A stretch of DNA of 64,000 nucleotides, from contig CBDBOV010000004.1 of the NCBI GenBank assembly GCA_965208575.1, positions 32,001-96,000 on the forward strand, given 5' to 3'. Positions 21,167-31,184 of this stretch are shown here, one piece after another. Below the pieces are notes generated by a model. That model was not told the origin of the DNA, ran no database searches, and saw nothing but the letters and a program-made list of their open reading frames with translations. The DNA is from Spirochaetia bacterium (lineage in GTDB: Bacteria > Spirochaetota > Spirochaetia > SZUA-6 > Bin103). The translations under genes and the position numbers were made by a program. Position 1 is the stretch's first letter; each line of letters starts with the position of its first letter.

Positions 21167-21340
21167 GCGTTCAGCTGCAAAGGGTTCTACCTCTGGCCGT
21201 CGGGTAGCCAGAAACGATCGCTTCCATTTGCCGAGCATCTCACTGAGGAGGTGCTTCTGAACTTGCCGCATCGCCAGTTTGTGTTCGCCCTGCCGAAGGC
21301 GTTGCGCATCTTCTTCCGCCACGACCGCCGGCTCACAACC
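21167..21340 (+). pseudogene. IS91-family transposase remnant (Zn-binding region)
   Basis: AFSCKGFYLWPSGSQKR...HRQFVFALPKALR matches the FSCKxRxxCPSC...HRQxVFTxP pattern, with the cysteines lost. Confidence 0.7.
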
Positions 21341-21496
21341 TCAAGTAAGTGCGTGGATTCGCCTCGGCTGGCCCGGGCGCGAAATCGTGCAGCAGGCTGC
21401 TGCACAGTCCCGTGGTTCCACAACTGCGTTTCGTCGATAGGGTGTCGGATCGTCGAACCCGGATAGGTATTGCGACGGGAGCCTACATTGGCGCAC

Positions 21497-21706
21497 TCAG
21501 GCGAAGATTAGCCGCCCCTTCGGCTGCGGGATCTCTCTGCCGAGCTCCTTGGCGGTGTCGATCCACTCGCGGATGACCACTTGTACGTTGTCCAGAGCTT
21601 CCTGATAGGTACTGCCGTCGGCGGCACAGCCCGGCAGTTCAGGGACTTCGGCGATAAACGCTTCATCTTCCCCGCTCCAATAGATGATGATCTCATACTT
21701 GACCAA
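21497..21706 (-). CDS. hicB: HicB antitoxin (short, no DNA-binding domain)
   Basis: AEVPELPGCAADGSTYQEAL...GREIPQP. Confidence 0.9.
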   Translation of the reverse strand: MVKYEIIIYWSGEDEAFIAEVPELPGCAADGSTYQEALDNVQVVIREWIDTAKELGREIPQPKGRLIFA

Positions 21707-21956
21707 GTTTATCTCCCAAACGGTACTTCAGGATGACGGCGCGAACTTGCTTGACCTGGTACGTCTTCGCCTTCCCTGACCTCGGCTGCAGGTTCAGAAT
21801 CTCCTCGACTCCATCACGGGTGAAGATGTGATGATCGCCTCGGACACGACACGAGAAGCCGAGTCCCTCCAGTAGCCGGCACAGCTCCCGAAACGGAATA
21901 TTGGCATCGGACTGTCCCCGAAGTACTCGGGCGAGCAGCCGCTCGGTGCGTGCCAC
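21693..21956 (-). CDS. hicA: HicA toxin
   Basis: RGDHHIFT and KAKTYQVKQVR; upstream of and overlapping hicB. Confidence 0.9.
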   Translation of the reverse strand: MARTERLLARVLRGQSDANIPFRELCRLLEGLGFSCRVRGDHHIFTRDGVEEILNLQPRSGKAKTYQVKQVRAVILKYRLGDKLGQV

Positions 21957-22054
21957 TGATCAGTATTGTTGTCGATGTGCCGGTCGTTGTCACTACCCTC
22001 AGATCAGATTGGCAGGCCGGCGACGCCGGGGACCCTTACCGGTAACATGGCGGT

Positions 22055-22951
22055 ATGAGTAACGACATCGCGCCGCCCGCCGTCGACTACGACCGGAAGG
22101 GGCGGGAACTGATCGAAGAGGGGTTCTGTGTGCTCGAGGGCATGCTCGACGCCGGCACCCTGCGGCATACCCGCGATGTCGCCATGGGGGCGGTCAGCGG
22201 GCTCTCGGAAGAGCAGTTGGAGGCTACGCGGTCGCCGGGGACGCTGATCAACTCGAATGACCATCCGGGGCTGGCGGAGTGTGTCGGCAACCCGAGGGCG
22301 CTGGCGGCGCTGGCGGCGATGGGGTTCGGCGGCAGCAGGTTCTGGAAGGCGGTGATCATCAGCAAGCCGGGGCCGAGCCCGCGGTTGTATTGGCACCAGG
22401 ACTGCATGTGGTGGGACGACCCGCGCGCCTACAGCGACTACTCGCCGATGATCTTCCTGATGTACTACCTGGACGACACCTCGCGCGAGAACGGCTGCCT
22501 GCGGCTGCTGCCGGGCACCCACCGCCGGTGGCACCAGCTCCACGACATGGGGACGGCGCACACCAGGGACATCAACCGGATGGACGACGAGCACGACCCG
22601 CGCTTCGCCGACTACCCGGGCGAGGTGGACGTGCCGGTGCAGGCGGGAGACCTGGTGGTGGGGGACGCCCGGATGTTCCACGCTACCCACGCCAACACCA
22701 CCGGCGAGTACCGGACGGTGATCACGATCTGGTTCCACCCGCTGTTCGAAGGCCTGCAGGAACCGACGCAGAGCTGGATCCACCACGCCTTCCACCACCA
22801 GCACGCCGGGTGGCCGCGGGAGGCGCTCGACCAGATCCGCCCGGTGATCCCGGACTACCGGGGAACAGTCGAGCCGCCCGACTTCAACCGCCAGCCCGAC
22901 CGCGCCAAGCTGGACCAAGCCGCAAGCCGGGCCCGGTTGCAGATGCGTTGA
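22055..22951 (+). CDS. Phytanoyl-CoA dioxygenase (PhyH) family Fe/2OG enzyme
   Basis: WHQD, NGCLRLLPGTH and FHA facial triad. Confidence 0.9.
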   Translation: MSNDIAPPAVDYDRKGRELIEEGFCVLEGMLDAGTLRHTRDVAMGAVSGLSEEQLEATRSPGTLINSNDHPGLAECVGNPRALAALAAMGFGGSRFWKAVIISKPGPSPRLYWHQDCMWWDDPRAYSDYSPMIFLMYYLDDTSRENGCLRLLPGTHRRWHQLHDMGTAHTRDINRMDDEHDPRFADYPGEVDVPVQAGDLVVGDARMFHATHANTTGEYRTVITIWFHPLFEGLQEPTQSWIHHAFHHQHAGWPREALDQIRPVIPDYRGTVEPPDFNRQPDRAKLDQAASRARLQMR

Positions 22952-22985
22952 GGCGACGGCGTTCCGCGCGACGCATGCGGCTGCC

Positions 22986-24533
22986 TCAGGCGTCGGCGGT
23001 CTCGAAGGCGGTGATGTTGCGGGTGGCGCGGCTGAACTCGACGCCAACCAGGTGGATGGGGGCGCCGGTGGCGCGGTACTTGTCGGCGTAGCGGCGCTGC
23101 CGCAGTTGGGCGAGGGCGGAGCCGGGCGGCGCCATCTCGGCCACCTTGAACTCGAACAGGTATACGTGGCCGGCGGCGCGCACCGCCATGTCCAGGCGCC
23201 CGTGGCTGCTCGATTCCTCCACCGAGATGTCGTAGCCGAGGGCGGCGAAGTAGGAGTAGCACACGCTGGCATAGAAGCCCTCGTAATCCGCAATGTGGTT
23301 GTTCGTGTACCATTGGTAGGGAATGCTGGCGAAGAAGGCGTGGAACAGCTCCTTCATGCCGGCGCAGTCGTGCGCCTCCAGAAGCGCGGCCAGACGGATG
23401 CTGTTGGCGGTCTGCCGGTCTGAATCCTGGACCAGGTGGCGCAGCAGATGCTCATTCAGGCTTTGCCGCACCTCGCGGTTGGGATAACCGAGGCGGTACA
23501 GCGCCTTGCCGCCCAGTTCCTGTTCTTCCGTGATGGTCAGGTAGCCGGTCTGGAACAGTAATGCTTCCGTCCCGATCTTGTTCACGTCGAACGCCGACAG
23601 CAGATCCTCCGTACCCAGCATTCCGTCGAGTGACACTGACGAGACGCAACGTTCGAACAGCTTGTCCACCAGGAACGCCGGTGTACCAGTCTCGAACCAG
23701 TGAGCGGCGAACTTGCGGCGGCGCAAGAACAACAGCACGTCATAGGGGTTGTACACCTTCTCCGTGCCCAGCCAGCTATAGCCGTTGTACCATTCACGCA
23801 CCCGCTCCCGGTCCAGCCCGCCGAGTTCGGGCGCAAATACCGAATCCAGGTCTTCCTCCGTATACCCGCAGATCGACGAGTACTCGGGATCCAGGGTGAT
23901 GTCGGTCAGGTTGTTCAACTGCGAGAACAGATTGACCTTGGAGAACTTGCTGATGCCGGTCAGGAACGTGAACCGTACGTGTGCGTCGTTGTCCTTGATC
24001 ACGCCATACAGGCCGCGCAGGTAGTCGCGGTTGGCGCGCGCCGGCTCCGGCTGCTCCAACATGTCCAGGATTGGCTTGTCATACTCGTCCACCAGCACCA
24101 CGACCCGCTGGCCGGTCTGCCGGTGCAGTGCGTCCAGCAGATATGCGAAGCGGCCGGCGGCGGTCAGATAGTCGGATACCACTCCCAAGCGCCGTTCGGC
24201 GGCGGCGAGTTGCTCCATGACGTTCGCTTCCAGCGCGTCCGGCCCGGTGAAGCTGCCGCCGCCGAAGCTCAGGCGCACCACCGGATGGCGCTCGGACCAG
24301 TCGTGGCGGCCGTGGATGTGCAGCCCGACGAACAGTTCCTCGCTGCCTTCGAACAGCTCCTTCAGCGTGTCCAGGAACAGGCTCTTGCCGAACCGGCGGG
24401 GGCGAGACAGGAAGTAGTGCGCGCCTTCGTCGAGCAGACGTTGGAGGTAAGGGGTCTTGTCGACGTAGTAGCAGTTCTGTTCCCGCAGCGTGCGGAACGT
24501 CTGCATGCCGATAGGCAGTCTGCGCTTTGCCAC
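22986..24533 (-). CDS. AAA-ATPase-like + C-terminal PD-(D/E)XK nuclease protein
   Basis: YYVDKT, RPRRFGKS, LVDEYD, and GRLDMAV...FEFK. Confidence 0.9.
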   Translation of the reverse strand: MAKRRLPIGMQTFRTLREQNCYYVDKTPYLQRLLDEGAHYFLSRPRRFGKSLFLDTLKELFEGSEELFVGLHIHGRHDWSERHPVVRLSFGGGSFTGPDALEANVMEQLAAAERRLGVVSDYLTAAGRFAYLLDALHRQTGQRVVVLVDEYDKPILDMLEQPEPARANRDYLRGLYGVIKDNDAHVRFTFLTGISKFSKVNLFSQLNNLTDITLDPEYSSICGYTEEDLDSVFAPELGGLDRERVREWYNGYSWLGTEKVYNPYDVLLFLRRRKFAAHWFETGTPAFLVDKLFERCVSSVSLDGMLGTEDLLSAFDVNKIGTEALLFQTGYLTITEEQELGGKALYRLGYPNREVRQSLNEHLLRHLVQDSDRQTANSIRLAALLEAHDCAGMKELFHAFFASIPYQWYTNNHIADYEGFYASVCYSYFAALGYDISVEESSSHGRLDMAVRAAGHVYLFEFKVAEMAPPGSALAQLRQRRYADKYRATGAPIHLVGVEFSRATRNITAFETADA

Positions 24534-24578
24534 CCGCCCATCTTACCGCGCGCGGCGCCGGCGCAACACCGGGCAAGG

Positions 24579-24612
24579 ATGGGGGATGTATGGGGGATGT
24601 ATGGGGGATGGG
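24579..24612 (+). repeat. 11-bp tandem repeat (ATGGGGGATGT) x~3 forming a G-quadruplex motif
   Basis: GGGGG-ATGTAT-GGGGG-ATGTAT-GGGGG-AT-GGG read directly. Confidence 0.85.
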
Positions 24613-24757
24613 TGTGGACGGCGAGTCCAGCGGGTCCGCCGACGGTCACGGTGGTCCGGTCCGCGGTCCGTGGGGTCCGTGGCGCGGAGCCTTGACCGGC
24701 GCTCCGATCATTGGTACAGCTTGCATCTACACGCATGACAACAGGAGGAATGCACAC

Positions 24758-26089
24758 GTGAAGAAAACAGCTTTGATGCTGCTCGTGCTCACCATGGTGG
24801 CGGGCATGGTGTTTGCCGCCGCCGAGTCGGAGGGCGCCGCGGATGGTCCGGTGACCGTCGAGGTCTGGCTCGATTCCAACAGCGGCGATGTCCGGCAGGA
24901 GCGCTGGGAGACCATGGTATTGAACCCCTATACCGAGGCCAATCCCAACGTCCTGTTCGAAATTGCGCTGATTGCCAACCTTTACGATGCCACCCGCACC
25001 GCCCTCGCCAGCGGCGCCGGCCCCGACCTCGTTATGACCTATGGCCCGTTCGCCCTGGAGCTGGGCCGCAACAAGCTGCTGGTGCCGCTGGACGGGTACG
25101 TTGAGCGATTCGGCTGGGACGACCACTTCGCCCCCTGGTCGCTGGCCTCGTTCGACGTGGACGGCGTGCCGGTGGCGGTGCCGGACGAGATCGAGACGCT
25201 GGTGCTGTACTACAACGAGACGCTGTTCGAGCAGCACGGCTGGCCGGTGCCCGATACCCTCGACGAGCTGTTCGCGGTGGCCGAGCAGGTCGAGGCCGCC
25301 GGGATCGTTCCCTTCGGGCATGCCAACGAGTGCTGGCGGGGGACCAACGAGTGGTTCATCGGCGAGTTTCTGAACGGCTGGGCCGGGCCCGACAACGTCT
25401 ATGAGGCGATCGTCGGCAACATGAGCTTCGCCGAGCCCGTGTTCGTGGAGTCGATGCAACTGCTCGCCGACATGCAGCAGAACGGCTGGTTCTCCGGCGG
25501 CCTGGACCGCTACTACACCGTGCCGTGCGCCACCGCCGGCGCCATGTTCGGCAGCGGCGAGGCCGCGATGCGCATCTCCGGAACCTGGTCCATCGGCCGC
25601 TTCCCCACGGAGTTCGGCGCAGAGGCGGGCAACGACAACGACTGGAACTGGACGGCTATGCCCACCAGGACCGGCGTCGACATCTTCAACGTCGGCATCG
25701 GCAACGCCTTCGGCATCAGCGCACACAGCGACACCCCCGACGCGGTCGCCGAGCTGCTCGACTACTACTACTCCTCGGAGGTACAGGGCCGGCTGTTCGT
25801 CAATCACGGCAAGGCGCCGGCGCCGGTGAAGGTGGACCCCAACGACCTGCAGGGTGCGGATCCGCGCTACATCGACATTCTGGCGGCCATGAACGAGGCC
25901 TTTGCCGCCGACAACTACGGCTACACCACCTGGGTGTTCTGGGGTCCCAAGACCAACCAGTACATGATCGAAGAGGTGGAACGGCTGTGGGCCGGCGATA
26001 TCACGGCGCAGGAGTACATGGAGGGCTGGCAGAAGCTGCACGTCGAGGAGATGGCGGAGGGCATGGTTCCGCCGGCTCCCGCCCGCTAG
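24758..26089 (+). CDS. Carbohydrate ABC substrate-binding protein
   Basis: Signal peptide, ASGAGPDL, YYNETLF and AAMRISGTW. AGGAGG RBS. Confidence 0.9.
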   Translation: MKKTALMLLVLTMVAGMVFAAAESEGAADGPVTVEVWLDSNSGDVRQERWETMVLNPYTEANPNVLFEIALIANLYDATRTALASGAGPDLVMTYGPFALELGRNKLLVPLDGYVERFGWDDHFAPWSLASFDVDGVPVAVPDEIETLVLYYNETLFEQHGWPVPDTLDELFAVAEQVEAAGIVPFGHANECWRGTNEWFIGEFLNGWAGPDNVYEAIVGNMSFAEPVFVESMQLLADMQQNGWFSGGLDRYYTVPCATAGAMFGSGEAAMRISGTWSIGRFPTEFGAEAGNDNDWNWTAMPTRTGVDIFNVGIGNAFGISAHSDTPDAVAELLDYYYSSEVQGRLFVNHGKAPAPVKVDPNDLQGADPRYIDILAAMNEAFAADNYGYTTWVFWGPKTNQYMIEEVERLWAGDITAQEYMEGWQKLHVEEMAEGMVPPAPAR

Positions 26090-26214
26090 CCGCAAGGCTG
26101 CTGAGCTGACCCCGGCTGCATGAGCTCGCTGCCGGCGAGCTCCCCAACCTGGACAAGACCTCTGCGGCGGCCCCGCGCGGGCCGCCGCGGACGGCCTCCC
26201 ATGCCACCAAGACA

Positions 26215-27087
26215 ATGACCATGAGCAGGACACGCCTGATCGCCTGGGCGTTCATCGTCCCGATCCTGCTGCTGCACTTCGTCGTCAAGATCAGCCCGTC
26301 GGTGAGCGCCGTCTACTACTCGATGACCGAGTGGTCGGGCATCGGGGCGGCGGAGTTCATCGGGCTGGAGAACTTCCGCAAGCTCCTGTTCGAGGACCGC
26401 GCCTTCTGGCAGGCGTTCTGGCACAACTGGCTGTGGCTCTCCTTTTCGGTGTTCACCTTTGCCATGGCGCTGCTGGCGGCGACGCTGCTGGGGTTCATCA
26501 GCAAGGCCAGCCTCACGTTCCGCACGCTGTTGTTTATCCCCTACATCCTGCCGAGCGTGGTGGTGGCGGGAATCTGGCGCAACCTGCTCAATCCCGACCT
26601 CGGCATCGGTGCGCAGCTTGCCGCCATCGGCATCCCCGGCCTCGACATCGCCTTCCTCGGCATCCCGGAGACGTCGCTGGCCGCGGTGTTCTTCATCGAC
26701 AACTGGCGCTGGTGGGTGTTCATCATGCTGCTGCTGCTGGCGGCGCTGCAGAACATCTCCATCGAGCTGTACGAGTCGGCGCGGGTGGACGGCGCGAGCG
26801 CCTGGCAGGAGTTCTGGCACATCAGCCTGCCGGGCATCCGGCCCACGCTCATGTTCCTGATCCTGATGGTCAGCATCTGGACCTTCATGGTATTCGACTT
26901 CGTCTGGCTGCTGACCCGCGGCGGGCCGGCCGGGTCGTCGGAGGTGCTCAACACGCTGGTGATGAAGCACGCGTTCCTGCGCTTCGACGCCGGCTACGCC
27001 ACCGCCATCGGCCTGCTGCTGAGCCTGATCTCGTCGGTGTTCATCGTGATGTTCGTGATTCTGCGGCGCAGGGGGTGGGAGATATGA
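26215..27087 (+). CDS. Sugar ABC permease (MalF-like)
   Basis: FIGLENF and ELYESARVDGA EAA loop. Confidence 0.92.
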   Translation: MTMSRTRLIAWAFIVPILLLHFVVKISPSVSAVYYSMTEWSGIGAAEFIGLENFRKLLFEDRAFWQAFWHNWLWLSFSVFTFAMALLAATLLGFISKASLTFRTLLFIPYILPSVVVAGIWRNLLNPDLGIGAQLAAIGIPGLDIAFLGIPETSLAAVFFIDNWRWWVFIMLLLLAALQNISIELYESARVDGASAWQEFWHISLPGIRPTLMFLILMVSIWTFMVFDFVWLLTRGGPAGSSEVLNTLVMKHAFLRFDAGYATAIGLLLSLISSVFIVMFVILRRRGWEI

Positions 27088-27920
27088 ACCGCAATCTGCG
27101 TGGCCGCACCTGGTTCAGCTACGCGGTGCTGTCGCTGCTGCTGGTGTTCGCGCTGTATCCGATCCTGGTGCTGGTGTTCAACTCGGTGAAGACGGCGGCC
27201 GACATGGCGCTCAACCCGCTCGGATTCCCGCGCAGCATCAACCTCGACAACTTCGTGCAGGCGTGGGTCCGGGGCAGCTTTGCGCGCACCGTCCCCAACA
27301 CCCTGCTGCTGGTGGTGGGCAGCGTGGCCGGCATCCTGGTACTGGGCGGACCGGCCGCCTACAGCATGTCCAAGCTGGACCTGTCGCGCGGCGCGGTGAA
27401 CGCCCTCATCGTCTACCTGCTGGTGCTGCAGAGCCTGCCGATCCAGCTCTTCCTGGTGCCGCTGTTCTCGTTCTGGCTGCGGCTCGGCCTGGTGAACACT
27501 CACTTGGGCGTGATCCTGATCTACATCGCGCTGGGGTCGCCGTTCTCGATGTTCCTGATGCGCTCCTACTTCCTGCAGATTCCCGACGACTTCCGCGACG
27601 CCGCCCGCGTGGAGGGGGCCGGCGAGCTGGGCATCTTCTGGCGCATCATGGTGCCGCTGACCTGGCCCGCGTTCCTGACCGTGGCGCTGGTCAACTCCAT
27701 GAACATCTGGAACGAGTTCCTGATCGCCACGGTGTTCCTGACCAAGACCGAGAAGTTCACCGTGGTCACCAGCTACCAGGCGTTCACGGTGCGCTTCGGT
27801 CGCGACTGGACTCTGACCAGTGCCGCGTCGCTGATGATGATCTTTCCCATCGTGGCGATGTTCCTGGCCCTGCAGCGGCGCTTCGTGCAGGGACTGACGC
27901 AGGGCGGACTGAAGAGCTGA
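27084..27920 (+). CDS. Sugar ABC permease (MalG-like)
   Basis: DAARVEGA, WNEF and QRRFVQGLTQGGLK. Confidence 0.92.
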   Translation: MNRNLRGRTWFSYAVLSLLLVFALYPILVLVFNSVKTAADMALNPLGFPRSINLDNFVQAWVRGSFARTVPNTLLLVVGSVAGILVLGGPAAYSMSKLDLSRGAVNALIVYLLVLQSLPIQLFLVPLFSFWLRLGLVNTHLGVILIYIALGSPFSMFLMRSYFLQIPDDFRDAARVEGAGELGIFWRIMVPLTWPAFLTVALVNSMNIWNEFLIATVFLTKTEKFTVVTSYQAFTVRFGRDWTLTSAASLMMIFPIVAMFLALQRRFVQGLTQGGLKS

Positions 27921-27947
27921 CCGCGAGCGCCGTAGCCGGGCAGACGC

Positions 27948-28733
27948 GAGGAGATCAACGATCTCATATTCCTGGGGCTGGCGACGCCGCGGCAGGCGAC
28001 CATCAGCAGCAACGCCACCTTTTACCAGGCGCGCTGGGGCGAAGAAAATCCGTGGATCGCATACGACCCGGATGAGGCGAATCGCATGCTCGACGCGCTT
28101 GGCCTCGAGGAGCGCCACCGGGACGATGTCCGGCTGTTGAACGGCGAACCACTGACCCTCACCCTGGTGTTCTTCTCGGGCCCCGCGAACGTCGGCCTGG
28201 ACCTCACCGCCGAGTTGGTCAAGGAGTACTGGGAGGATGTCGGCATCGGCATCCAGCTCAACCAGATGGAGCGTGCGGCTATCGACGAGGCGCAGGATGC
28301 CGGCCTGGTCGATGTCTACGGCGAGGTGACCCACGGCGCCGAGGTATACGACTTCCTGTCCACCATCGGCGGCACGGTGAATGCCGGCCGGGAGGGCGCA
28401 ACGCGTTACTGGAACCACTGGACCGCGGTACGGAACGGTGCCGATCCGAGCGAAGCGCCGGGCGAGAAGCCGCCGGAACTGCTGCAGATGCTGTACGACA
28501 CGGCGCTCACCGAGAGCCAGTCGACGGTGTTCGGCAGCGACGAATACCATGAAGTGCGCACCCGCGTGTACGAAATGCACTATGACAACCTGTTCACCAT
28601 TGGCACGGTCGGCCTGGCTCCACAGCCGATCATCTACCGGGCGAACCTCGGCAATATCGCACGCGGACTGCCGCCCTGGGCGGAAGGATCGCTCACCTTC
28701 AATTACTACTCGAACATGTGGTACTTCAAGTAG
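27948..28733 (+). pseudogene. 5'-truncated peptide ABC substrate-binding protein
   Basis: Frame begins mid-domain at EEINDLIFLGL...YDPDEANRMLD, which matches the C-terminal third of 10376-12415. No signal peptide. Confidence 0.75.
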
Positions 28734-28762
28734 CCGGCGGTATCGTATCGAGGTGATGAGCC

Positions 28763-28787
28763 AAGCGCCCCGCACCGCGGGGCGCTT
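28763..28787 (+). terminator. Stem-loop after the SBP gene (attenuator/mRNA stabiliser)
   Basis: Perfect 11-bp stem AAGCGCCCCGC-ACC-GCGGGGCGCTT. Confidence 0.65.
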
Positions 28788-28796
28788 CCATTTCTC

Positions 28797-29792
28797 ATGG
28801 CACTGCTCATAGTCCGCCGCATCCTCTACATGGTCGTGCTGCTGGCCGTGCTGTCGATGGTGGCGTTCCTCATCATCCAGCTTCCACCGGGCGACTGGGT
28901 CACCACGTTCGTCTACCAGATGCAGCAGCGCGGCATCATCGTGGACGACCAGATGATGCAATCGTTGTACAAGCGGTTCGGCTTCGACCGGCCGCTGCAC
29001 GCGCAGTACCTGAAGTGGATCGGCAACATCATTCTGCGCGGCGACTTCGGCGAATCGATGACCTACAGCGATACCGTGTCCAACCTGATCCGGGAGCGGA
29101 TCGGACTGTCGGTGGTGCTCTCTCTCGCCGCGCTGCTGATCTCCTACGTGTTGGCGGTGCCGATCGGCATCTACTCGGCCACGCACCCTCATTCGGCGGG
29201 CGACTACGCGTTCACGGTATTCGGCTTCATCGGCCTGGCAACGCCCAATTTCCTGCTTGCGCTGATCCTGATGTTCCTGTTTCAGCGCATCCTGGGATGG
29301 AGCCCGGGCGGGCTGTTCTCGCCGGAGTACCTGGCGGCGCCCTGGAGTTTCGGGCGCGTGATCGACCTGCTCAAGCACATGCCGGTGCCGCTGATCGTGA
29401 TCGGCACCGCCGGAACCGCGGCCATCATCCGCATATTGCGCAGCTCGCTCGCCGACGAACTGTCGAAGCAGTACGTAATTACGGCGCGCGCCAAGGGAGT
29501 GGGCGAGCGGCGCATCCTGTTCAAGTACCCGGTGCGCATCGCGTTCAATCCCATCATTAGTGCCGTCGGCTACATCCTGCCGACCATCGTTTCGGGGGAG
29601 GCGCTGGTCGCCATCGTCCTGAGCCTGCCGACCATCGGGCCGCTGCTGCTGCACGGCCTGAGCAACCAGGACATGTATCTCGCCAGCGGCATCATCCTGA
29701 TCCTCGGCGCCCTGACCATGGTCGGCACGCTGGTTTCGGACCTCTTTCTGATGGCAATAGACCCGAGAATCCGCTTTGAGGCACGCGCTTAG
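28797..29792 (+). CDS. ABC peptide permease (OppB-like)
   Basis: GDFGES, YVITARAKG and DPRIR; paralog of 13667-14659. Confidence 0.92.
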   Translation: MALLIVRRILYMVVLLAVLSMVAFLIIQLPPGDWVTTFVYQMQQRGIIVDDQMMQSLYKRFGFDRPLHAQYLKWIGNIILRGDFGESMTYSDTVSNLIRERIGLSVVLSLAALLISYVLAVPIGIYSATHPHSAGDYAFTVFGFIGLATPNFLLALILMFLFQRILGWSPGGLFSPEYLAAPWSFGRVIDLLKHMPVPLIVIGTAGTAAIIRILRSSLADELSKQYVITARAKGVGERRILFKYPVRIAFNPIISAVGYILPTIVSGEALVAIVLSLPTIGPLLLHGLSNQDMYLASGIILILGALTMVGTLVSDLFLMAIDPRIRFEARA

Positions 29793-29793
29793 G

Positions 29794-30891
29794 ATGCGCA
29801 GCGAAATGGACACCGAGCGATACTACGTCGCCTCGAGCTGGAGCCTGATGTGGCGCAAGTTCGTCCGCCACCGCGTCGCCCTGGTAGCGGGCATTCTCCT
29901 GGCCGGGCTCTATATCACCGCGAGTGTTGCCGGCTTCGTGGCGCCCTATCACAAGACCGACAGCCGCGGCAAGTTTGCCCTCGCGCCACCCATGAGGGTG
30001 CGGATTCTCGATGACGGGCGGTTGCAGCGACCGTTCGTCTACGGGCTCGACCGCGGGCGCGATCCGGTAACCCTGATGTTCGTCTACGAGGAAGATCGCG
30101 AGGCCATCTACCCGATACGGTTTTTCGTGCGCGGCGATGAGTACGATTTCATCGGCCTGTTCCGAACCGACCTGCACCTGTTCGGGGTCGAGGAGCCGGG
30201 CACCGTATTCCTGTTCGGAACCGATCAGCTCGGGCGGGACGTGTTTTCCCGCATCATGTACGGCGCGCGCATCTCGCTCTCGGTCGGGTTCCTGGGCGTG
30301 GTGCTCAGCTTCATCTTCGGCTGCCTGCTCGGCGGCGTGTCGGGGCTGTTCGGCGGCGGCATCGACACGGCGATCCAGCGGGTCATCGAGTTTCTCATAT
30401 CGCTGCCGACCATCCCGTTGTGGATGGCGCTTGCCGCGGCGATTCCGATCGACTGGCCGGCGATCCGCACCTACTTCATGATCACGATAATCCTCTCCAT
30501 CCTGGGGTGGACCGAGCTGGCGCGGGTGGTGAGGGGCAAGGTCCTGGAGCTGCGCGAGGAAGACTACGTGATGGCGGCGTCGGTGAGCGGATCGACCGCG
30601 GCACGCATCATCACGCGCCACCTGCTGCCCAACTTCATCGGCTACCTGATCGTGCACTTCACGCTGGCGGTGCCGCGGATGATTCTCGCGGAGACCGCGC
30701 TCAGCTTTCTCAACGTCGGCTTGCGCCCCCCCGTGGTGAGCTGGGGGGTCGCCCTGCAGCAGGCATCCAACGTCCGCACGGTGGCGCAGAACTGGTGGCT
30801 GCTGATACCCGCCCTGTTCGTGGTGGCCGCGGTGCTGTGCTTCAATTCCCTCGGCGACGGCCTCCGCGACGCCGCCGACCCCTACAAGTAG
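29794..30891 (+). CDS. ABC peptide permease (OppC-like)
   Basis: GTDQLGRDVFSR and LGDGLRDAADPY. Confidence 0.92.
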   Translation: MRSEMDTERYYVASSWSLMWRKFVRHRVALVAGILLAGLYITASVAGFVAPYHKTDSRGKFALAPPMRVRILDDGRLQRPFVYGLDRGRDPVTLMFVYEEDREAIYPIRFFVRGDEYDFIGLFRTDLHLFGVEEPGTVFLFGTDQLGRDVFSRIMYGARISLSVGFLGVVLSFIFGCLLGGVSGLFGGGIDTAIQRVIEFLISLPTIPLWMALAAAIPIDWPAIRTYFMITIILSILGWTELARVVRGKVLELREEDYVMAASVSGSTAARIITRHLLPNFIGYLIVHFTLAVPRMILAETALSFLNVGLRPPVVSWGVALQQASNVRTVAQNWWLLIPALFVVAAVLCFNSLGDGLRDAADPYK

Positions 30892-31184
30892 GGACGTGGC
30901 AAGAGGATGACACAGTTCCGGCCGCGCCGTACGGTCATTGCGACGACGCGACTGCGCGGAGCCGCGACAACGCGGCCGGGGCCGACTTGGCGGTGCCCGC
31001 CAGGTTGACGGCAATGCCCGTAACGCCGCATCGTTCAGTAGTGGCGCTCGTTCCGGTGACCTGAGGGAGCCCGCGGTTCCCGCCTGGAGGTCGAGTTCGG
31101 CCGCGTAGAAGGCTACGGAATTCGTCGAGTGTCAACTTGACGATGCGGACGACGCGTAACCATCGACCTGGGTATGTGTTGCGC

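Noticed and set aside
16900-22000. Integron cassette array explaining the TA cluster
   Set aside because: No repeated attC-like sites or integron integrase were recognised, and the genes have mixed orientations.
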